Below are positions 17,549 through 23,710 of a DNA stretch of 23,710 nucleotides, piece after piece; within the stretch, counting starts at the first letter, position 1, and each line of letters begins with the position of its first letter. Origin of the DNA: Promethearchaeota archaeon (lineage in GTDB: Archaea; Asgardarchaeota; Lokiarchaeia; Sigyniarchaeales; SOKP01); contig SHMW01000069.1 of the NCBI GenBank assembly GCA_008080735.1, forward strand, positions 1-23,710, in the 5' to 3' direction. Both the position numbers and the translations under genes were made by a program. The notes beneath the pieces were generated by a model. It saw only the letters and a program-made list of their open reading frames with translations. It was not told the DNA's origin and did no database searches.

Positions 17549-17557
17549 TTTTTTTTT
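17549..17557 (+). terminator. Oligo-T tract, candidate archaeal terminator for the C45 gene
   Basis: T9 starting 27 nt after the stop codon. Confidence 0.45.
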
Positions 17558-17614
17558 ATTTCTCTCTCAACTTTATTTTATTACACAGTTTAGTCAAATT
17601 TCACTTTTCCTTTT

Positions 17615-17628
17615 GAAAAAATATAAAA
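17615..17628 (+). promoter_or_regulatory. Putative BRE/TATA for the gene at 17651 (leaderless)
   Basis: GAAAAA followed by ATATAAAA (17621-17628), 22 nt before the ATG. Confidence 0.45.
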
Positions 17629-17650
17629 ATATACTCTATATTAGCATTAT

Positions 17651-18595
17651 ATGGATTTTGAGGATAAGATTTCTGAAATTAAAACTGAGATTCAAAAAAA
17701 GGAAGGCAAAGAATGGTTAGGTCTTCAGAGCACCACAGAACACCAATTAGAATCATTGGTGTGGTATTTAGACCATCCTAAGATTACTGAATATCCAAAA
17801 TTATTAGAAGAGGTCATTAATCTCTATTTTAAGGCCAGAGAGAGTAGTTTTATCAAGATGGAGGGGATAATTCGAAAATTAGACCAACTTCAAATTAAAT
17901 TGGGTAAGCATGATTATGAAAAGGAGGATGAACCGAAGAAAGAGCTTAAATTCATTAATTATCCGAAAAAAATCAAGGACATGAAAGTAAAAATCGAACT
18001 GATGCTTCAATCTCCGTATGGGACAAGTTTACCAGAATCCACTACGGAGTCACTCATCACTCTTATAAATTATCTGAACCACCCAAATCTACCTACAAAC
18101 AAAAGACTTTTCGATGAGATTTATGAGGTCTATGAGCAAGCTAAAGCAGATGATTTTCTAAAAATGCAAGCGTTTAAAGATATGTTAAATAAGATTGAGA
18201 TCAAACTGGGCTCCTTGAGTGAAGATATGAAACAGTTTAAAACGCTTGAAGAAAAACAAGCAGATTTAGAAAAGGAGAAAGAGATAGTAAAGGAAAAAGA
18301 ACGAGAGTTAGAGGAACTGAAAGAGCGCTATATGAAGAAGAAGGCAGATTTGGAAATAGAACAACAAAATTTAGAAGTTGAGAGAAAAAAAATAGAAGAA
18401 GTTCAGAAAGGGTTGCGGGAAAAAGAGGAAAAATTAGAACTAGAGAAAAAAGGATTAGAGCAGGAAAGGGTAAACATTGAAAAAGAAAAAGAGACAATCA
18501 ATGAAGAAAGAAAAGAACTTCAAGAAAAATGGGAATTGATAAAATCGTTCGAAGAAAAAATAGAAAAATTTAATGAATTAGAACCAAACCAATAG
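17651..18595 (+). CDS. Hypothetical protein: two tandem helical domains of about 85 aa plus a long C-terminal coiled coil
   Basis: Internal repeat aa 3-85 vs aa 104-187 sharing STT..L..L..YL.HP and Y..A....F.KM......L....IKLG. Residues 195-314 are E/K-rich heptads. Confidence 0.85.
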   Translation: MDFEDKISEIKTEIQKKEGKEWLGLQSTTEHQLESLVWYLDHPKITEYPKLLEEVINLYFKARESSFIKMEGIIRKLDQLQIKLGKHDYEKEDEPKKELKFINYPKKIKDMKVKIELMLQSPYGTSLPESTTESLITLINYLNHPNLPTNKRLFDEIYEVYEQAKADDFLKMQAFKDMLNKIEIKLGSLSEDMKQFKTLEEKQADLEKEKEIVKEKERELEELKERYMKKKADLEIEQQNLEVERKKIEEVQKGLREKEEKLELEKKGLEQERVNIEKEKETINEERKELQEKWELIKSFEEKIEKFNELEPNQ

Positions 18596-18636
18596 AACTT
18601 TACTTAAATTTCCTTATCCATTGGAAAAAATCATCA

Positions 18637-19152
18637 TTATTCTTCCATGGTAAATTCCCAAGCACAATAAAATTCTTCGGGATGGTTATCAGGAGGACAA
18701 CAAATGCATTTTGTACTAATTCTCGGATCTATGACTTTTGCGAATTCAGAATACTCAATTATCCCAACTTTTTTACAAGGAAAATCAGATAGTCCTTTCC
18801 GATTCCGTGCTGATTGGACTCTGCAATCATTCATCCTAAAAATGAGATGATCCTCTGACTCTTGTATAATTTCCTGCTCGTTAATGTTGGCATAGACTCT
18901 AAATTTCAGAGCCTTTTTAAGAGCTGAAATCCCTCCGTTTTCTGGAATGTCAAATCGTTTCATTATTCGTTTTGCTTCTCGTGGACTGAATTGTTTCCAG
19001 GATTCTGCATCTAAATGAATAGCAGTTTCCATTCCAAATTCTTTTTCAGCAGCCAAGAACCACGTTCCATCAATCATTAACCAATTTTTAGACAAATCCT
19101 CAATATAGTCAATTAGCTCTTCTTTTGAGAGTTTTAGTAATTCTTTATTCAT
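18637..19152 (-). CDS. DUF6125-like Cys-rich protein (probably V4R/ATC-hydrolase-like fold)
   Basis: WLMIDGTWF, EAKRI, ALKFRVYA, CRVQSARNRKGL..FPCK, CICCPPDNHP..YCAWEF. ATG at 19152 is preferred over TTG at 19191. Confidence 0.75.
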   Translation of the reverse strand: MNKELLKLSKEELIDYIEDLSKNWLMIDGTWFLAAEKEFGMETAIHLDAESWKQFSPREAKRIMKRFDIPENGGISALKKALKFRVYANINEQEIIQESEDHLIFRMNDCRVQSARNRKGLSDFPCKKVGIIEYSEFAKVIDPRISTKCICCPPDNHPEEFYCAWEFTMEE

Positions 19153-19304
19153 CTTAATAATTAGGTCTGTTAATATTTCTTGATTAAGCAAATGAAAACT
19201 TGTTAAATTATTTTGAGTTTGATCAAACTGCTAAGGTTTTAAGGTACCATTCCTAAGATATTATACAGAGTGAAATGAAATAAGAAGAGCAAATACTTTT
19301 TAAA

Positions 19305-20615
19305 ATGCAAAATAAGTATATTTTTCACATAATTACTGCTAATATTCTCTGGAGTTTTATTCCAATACTAGCCTCTGAACTATTTGAGTCTGTATCGATT
19401 ATTCTGATTATTTTTTTACGATTCTTAATATCGGGCATAATTCTTTTTCTCATCGCTCTAGGACTGATCTTATACAATAATAATTTTACTTCAAACCAGG
19501 AGATCTCGTTATATAATCTATTACGATTATTTAATCGAGCTAATAAACGATTTTTCAATATTCGGAATATATATTACCTATTTTTGCTGAGTTTTTTTGG
19601 GATTATAATCCATATCATCGGATATTTTCTTGCTCTAAAAATAACTTCAATTTCGTTTGCGATGATTGGTTTCCAACTGAGTATTATCATTGTTGCCTTT
19701 TATGAGCACGGAGTAAAATTAGAAAAACTCGACATTTTCAAGGGATTATATATTTTGATCTTGATTTTTTGTATTTCTATTATCATCTTTGTGAAATTAG
19801 GTGAAGAAGAATTTGATCTGTCGAGCATATTTATCGGAGGGATTTATATAATTTTATTTGCAGCATGTACATCATTTTTGCATATCGGTATTGGAAGAGA
19901 TCCCTATAGTGCCCAAGAAATCTTGCTCATCAACCAAAATAAATCCTATAAAATAATTCGTATGTTAATTAAGATTGCACTTATATTCCTTTTTGGGATT
20001 ATCACATTATTTCCATTCATTTTGATCGTCTATTTTATCCCTATAGAAATGAATTTATACCTTGAAATTACCTATTTTTTTCAAGATATCTCCCTAATTT
20101 TTGAAATTTTGCTAAGATCGGAAGTAATCATATTGATATTGTTTTCTACAGTAGCCCCCTATATCCTTATCTTCGTCGCTAATGTGAATTGGAATCCGTA
20201 TAACTTAACATTTAGCCAATGGAGTAGTATTCTAACAGTAATTGAACCAATAGGAGCCATCTTTTTTGGAGTTCTTCTTATAAACGAGGTTTTCCCCATC
20301 CCGTATTTAATAATTATCATATTTTTACTTATTATTTCCATTTTATTTCGCTACGCTCATGAAACCAAGAGTAAAGTTAATGCGTATATTTTAATTCATA
20401 GAAAGCAAGGAATCCTTGAGAGCTTGACTACGACTCTTTTGAAATTAGAGGGTGTGTTCAGCGTTCAATCCTTAATTGGTACTTATGACCTTTTACTTAA
20501 TGTGAAAACTAATTCAATACGAGACCTTTATTCTCTGATCAATGAGAATTTGAGAAGGAATGAGGGAATCGAGAATGTTGAGCTGTTGTTTATTGATAAA
20601 ATATATAAAATATAA
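19305..20615 (+). CDS. EamA/DMT-family transporter fused to a C-terminal Lrp/AsnC ligand-binding (RAM) domain
   Basis: About 10 TM segments with EamA hallmarks (ILWSF, IFLRFLISG, YFLALKITS, IEPIGAIFFGVLLINE). From 20373 a soluble domain follows: VNAYILI...LEGVFSVQSLIGTYDLLLNV...LRRNEGIENVELLFI. Confidence 0.85.
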   Translation: MQNKYIFHIITANILWSFIPILASELFESVSIILIIFLRFLISGIILFLIALGLILYNNNFTSNQEISLYNLLRLFNRANKRFFNIRNIYYLFLLSFFGIIIHIIGYFLALKITSISFAMIGFQLSIIIVAFYEHGVKLEKLDIFKGLYILILIFCISIIIFVKLGEEEFDLSSIFIGGIYIILFAACTSFLHIGIGRDPYSAQEILLINQNKSYKIIRMLIKIALIFLFGIITLFPFILIVYFIPIEMNLYLEITYFFQDISLIFEILLRSEVIILILFSTVAPYILIFVANVNWNPYNLTFSQWSSILTVIEPIGAIFFGVLLINEVFPIPYLIIIIFLLIISILFRYAHETKSKVNAYILIHRKQGILESLTTTLLKLEGVFSVQSLIGTYDLLLNVKTNSIRDLYSLINENLRRNEGIENVELLFIDKIYKI

Positions 20616-20636
20616 ATCAAACTAAAGGTTACCAAG

Positions 20637-20876
20637 ATGAAAGCGCTAATATTTTGTCGCGTATATCATAAGGAAATGGCAAATGTCATCGAAAAGTTTA
20701 GAGAATTCCCAGAGATAAAAAAAGTATTCTCTTTGACTGGAGAATACGATGTATTAGCTGAGATTGAAGTAGAAGATAGTGATGCTTTATATGAATCCTT
20801 CGCAAACAAAATCGATATGGTCTCAGGAATTATCAAAACAAATACTCATGTCATTATGAAAGAATTTGTTAAATAA
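20637..20876 (+). CDS. Stand-alone Lrp/AsnC ligand-binding (RAM) domain protein with no HTH
   Basis: 79 aa: FPEIKKVFSLTGEYDVLAEIEV...IDMVSGIIKTNTHVI. Lies 21 nt downstream of the EamA-RAM stop codon on the same strand. Confidence 0.9.
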   Translation: MKALIFCRVYHKEMANVIEKFREFPEIKKVFSLTGEYDVLAEIEVEDSDALYESFANKIDMVSGIIKTNTHVIMKEFVK

Positions 20877-20911
20877 GCTAATTAGTATTTGGATATGAGA
20901 TTTTGACGAAA

Positions 20912-21748
20912 TTAATCTTGTTTTTCTTCGAGTGCCTCATTAAATCGCTCAATTAAAATCGGTGTCCGCATATCGATTTTATAATCTTCAAATGCATAAT
21001 ATATTGCCTTGCGTAATTGAAAATCAAATTTAGGGATAATCTTACTATTATTTATAAATACGATTAAACGGTATTGGATAGTATTATCTAAAAATTCGTA
21101 TAAGTCAACCCTTGGTTGAGGATATTTTAAAACATTAGTAAATCTCTCAGCTGTTTCTAACGCAGCTTTCTCTACTAATCGTGGGTCAACATCAAATCCC
21201 GCTGTCATAAAAATTTCCCTCCTGAGAATTTTATGTTGTTTAAAGTTCTGGATTTCGGTCTTAAGAAGTTTTTGATTTGGAATAGAGATTCTTACTCCGT
21301 CAATATCTTCCAAAACAGTATAAATTAATTTTATATCCACCACATCTGCTATTTTCTCCATGAAAAAGATTCTGTCTCCAACTTGGAAGGGTTTACTCAT
21401 AATAATAATTATTCCCGCAATGAGATTACCGAGTGTGTTCATAGAAGCGAAACCAATTACCGTCCCTGCAGATACAGTTATTAACCCTGCAAAAAGACTA
21501 AGAGTTTCGGCAAATTGAATTGTAATTAAGGTTAATGCCAAAATAAAGATAATGATACGCCATAGTCGCATCATATTTTTTGCCGTAGATTCATCAATAC
21601 GTTCTATTTTTTGCAATCTCTCAATCTGTTTTTTAACTATGAAATAGATTATGTATGAAACCGCTAGTGTTAAGCCGGCTGTTATAAAGGGTCCAATATT
21701 CTCTAAAAAAAAATCTGCGATTCCTCGAAAAAATTCTAATATTTCCAT
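20912..21748 (-). CDS. mscS: Small-conductance mechanosensitive channel (MscS family)
   Basis: Three TM segments, then GTVIGFASMNTLGNLIAGIIIIMSKPFQVGDRI, V.DI.L.YT and ISIPNQKL. Confidence 0.9.
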   Translation of the reverse strand: MEILEFFRGIADFFLENIGPFITAGLTLAVSYIIYFIVKKQIERLQKIERIDESTAKNMMRLWRIIIFILALTLITIQFAETLSLFAGLITVSAGTVIGFASMNTLGNLIAGIIIIMSKPFQVGDRIFFMEKIADVVDIKLIYTVLEDIDGVRISIPNQKLLKTEIQNFKQHKILRREIFMTAGFDVDPRLVEKAALETAERFTNVLKYPQPRVDLYEFLDNTIQYRLIVFINNSKIIPKFDFQLRKAIYYAFEDYKIDMRTPILIERFNEALEEKQD

Positions 21749-21906
21749 TTAATTTGCTCCTTTAGATTTGACTTTATTATGGAGCTAAAGTTTTTATAAT
21801 TTTCTCAAATAATTTTTTATAAAAAGGGAATAATGAGCTTTAGTTACTTCTTATACACTATAAAAATTAGTAAGAAAAAAAGAATTAATTTAGGAAATGT
21901 AGAGAT

Positions 21907-23508
21907 CTACCAAACGAGATTTACTATAACATCCTTAGCTTTATTAGCGATTTTCTTTTTAAGGATCTTTCTTATTCGCAAATCATTTATCGCTTCTTCA
22001 AGCTTAGTATCTAGATTTTTAACTTCATCCATTAAGTTCTTATTCTCTCCTTCCCTTTCAACAAGGTTGATAAGAGGATTGTATTTGTTCATTAAATCTT
22101 CTAATTTACTTCTGAATTCTTCCTTGACTTTTGTAGTTACTACTTTTCCGTTATCCACTAAGATAGGTAATACTGGAACTCTTTTTGTGGTGCGTTTGGT
22201 CTTCGGGTCGGTGAAATAGAATATGATAATGGGTATCCCGACTATTACATCCTTAGTCTTAATTTCAATTGTATAATCATTCAAAAAGTCTTGTACATTG
22301 GTCATCTCCTCATCCTTCACTTCCTCGATTGTTTGCATAATTTCTTGTTTTTCTTCTTTAATTTTCGAGACTAATTCTTCAGTGGAGGTGGTTTTTTGGC
22401 TCAGGCTTGCATGTTTTTCCTCAATTTTCTTTTCAACTTCCGATATTTTTCTTTCTAATTCTGTAATTTTCTTCTGATGTGCCTTTTCGATATCAGAGAT
22501 CTCTCGGTCGATATTTCTCTTTAATTGAGCAATTTCGTTCTCATAACGCTTAATAGAGTCTCCCAAAGAACTATATTTTAAATTTAAATCTTTCATAGCC
22601 TCATCCAACAAAAATAAATCATTTTGGGATATAGAGTTTTTAAGTCTATCGATTGAATTCTTGACCGCATTCGTGTTATTATATAGTTCTCCAGTTTTAT
22701 CATTAATTTTATATTTCCCCGACTTAACTAGCTCCTCTGGAGTTGCGTGTAAATCTCTTTCCTTCTCCTCCCTAAGTTCCTCATTTAACATTGCAAGTTG
22801 TTTCTCCTCCTCGGAAGTATCAACAGTTGTTTCTCGATACTCTTCTGCTCGTTCAGATCCTTTTGCTATCCATTCATCACATAACGAAGAAATAATATCT
22901 GCATAGTTATCAAGCATCTTCACATCCTTGAGTGAAACAAAATCATAAACATCTTGAACTATTTTTATTTGGTTCACACTCTTCGCAATAGGATCCCCTT
23001 CTAAGATGAAATAGGGGTTGGAAAATGAGCTAATATTATATTGATTAAGAAAGAAATTTTTAAAATATCCCACTTCTTCTGTACTAAATAAAGCCTCTTG
23101 TCGAACCTTACCCCTTTTAAAATTGCTACTACTGAGAAATCCACCAGTATCCAAATAGTTATCATTATAGTTTCTCAAGGATTCTAAAAAGGACTTCGGA
23201 TCTGCACCTTTTATTACATTATCTGGCTTGGGCGGATTTTGTTTGAATTGACCAACTTGCAATTTCTCTTGTTTGTTAAGTAAGTATGAACATACACACG
23301 CTCTTGTTTTATTTAAAGGAATGAGACGGACAGGCCAAAAACAATTGGTAATATGATGAACTTTGCCAAGTCCGTCTAATTTTCTTCCATAAATCCGGAT
23401 TAATTCGATAAGCCCCATTGCAAGCTCGTCTATTAATGCTGCTTTTGATCGGGTCGGAGTAATCTCACCTAAATCTAAAAAATACGGCGTAATATTTTGA
23501 ACTGACAT
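21907..23508 (-). CDS. Hypothetical protein: N- and C-terminal alpha/beta segments flanking about 200 aa of coiled coil
   Basis: 533-aa ORF with an ATG start. Beta-like motifs CFWPVRLIP and IVGIPIIIFYF flank a heptad-rich centre; no Walker motif or TM helix is visible. Confidence 0.85.
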   Translation of the reverse strand: MSVQNITPYFLDLGEITPTRSKAALIDELAMGLIELIRIYGRKLDGLGKVHHITNCFWPVRLIPLNKTRACVCSYLLNKQEKLQVGQFKQNPPKPDNVIKGADPKSFLESLRNYNDNYLDTGGFLSSSNFKRGKVRQEALFSTEEVGYFKNFFLNQYNISSFSNPYFILEGDPIAKSVNQIKIVQDVYDFVSLKDVKMLDNYADIISSLCDEWIAKGSERAEEYRETTVDTSEEEKQLAMLNEELREEKERDLHATPEELVKSGKYKINDKTGELYNNTNAVKNSIDRLKNSISQNDLFLLDEAMKDLNLKYSSLGDSIKRYENEIAQLKRNIDREISDIEKAHQKKITELERKISEVEKKIEEKHASLSQKTTSTEELVSKIKEEKQEIMQTIEEVKDEEMTNVQDFLNDYTIEIKTKDVIVGIPIIIFYFTDPKTKRTTKRVPVLPILVDNGKVVTTKVKEEFRSKLEDLMNKYNPLINLVEREGENKNLMDEVKNLDTKLEEAINDLRIRKILKKKIANKAKDVIVNLVW

Positions 23509-23519
23509 TTGTTAATAAA

Positions 23520-23710
23520 TCACATTAAATTTTCTATACTATTCTTTAACATTTTTTGTTTACATTTATCCTTTTGTATTTCATACTCTTCACAATTCGA
23601 ACAAAATTCCTCAGAAATCACAGATTTATCCTTGAAAATCTTGTTTAAAAGCAATCTCTACGGATAATTTTCTGGCTCTCCTTGCGCATTGAATTCATAG
23701 CATTCCTCGC
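23520..23710 (-). other. 3' end of a possible Cys-containing CDS, with an in-frame TAG at 23658-23660
   Basis: Hand translation from 23708: EECYEFNAQGEPENYP*RLLLNKIFKDKSVISEEFCSNCEEYEIQKDKCKQKMLKNSIENLM*. The final TGA (23520-23522) is 11 nt before the next ATG. Confidence 0.35.

Noticed and set aside
18237-22906. Alternate ORFs at 18237, 19325, 20159, 21833, 22661
   Set aside because: Antisense shadows of coiled-coil or membrane-protein genes.
21907-23508. Calling the 533-aa protein SMC/Rad50
   Set aside because: No Walker A/B, signature motif or central CxxC hook.

Overview
AT-rich archaeal chromosomal window, most consistent with an Asgard archaeon (Lokiarchaeia-like). That assignment is an inference from a BHB-intron tRNA without encoded CCA, TATA boxes about 22-25 nt from start codons, a HEAT+LRR protein, a zinc-ribbon-tailed membrane protein and several E/K-rich coiled-coil proteins. 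Gene order: partial MFS transporter (-); GH3 glycosidase (+); 1321-aa membrane-anchored S8 subtilase (-); tRNA-Ala(GGC) with two introns (+); enoyl-CoA hydratase (+); atypical Uma2-like nuclease-fold protein (-); M.MthZI-like m4C DNA methyltransferase (-); ThDP-dependent enzyme (-); HEAT-LRR protein (-); small coiled-coil protein (-); CCG-domain Fe-S protein (-); secreted C45/Ntn hydrolase (+); tandem-domain coiled-coil protein (+); DUF6125-like protein (-); EamA/DMT transporter fused to an Lrp/AsnC (RAM) domain followed by a stand-alone RAM gene (+); MscS (-); 533-aa coiled-coil protein (-); and a partial Cys-containing frame with an in-frame TAG (-). The two best candidates for new biology are (1) the subtilase, whose domain order and motifs after the catalytic domain resemble eukaryotic Site-1 protease (MBTPS1/SKI-1) and which adds a cytosolic zinc ribbon, and (2) the EamA-RAM fusion plus free RAM pair, which suggests an amino-acid-regulated transporter with a mixed regulatory ring. 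All family calls are from motif recognition by eye; no database search was run.
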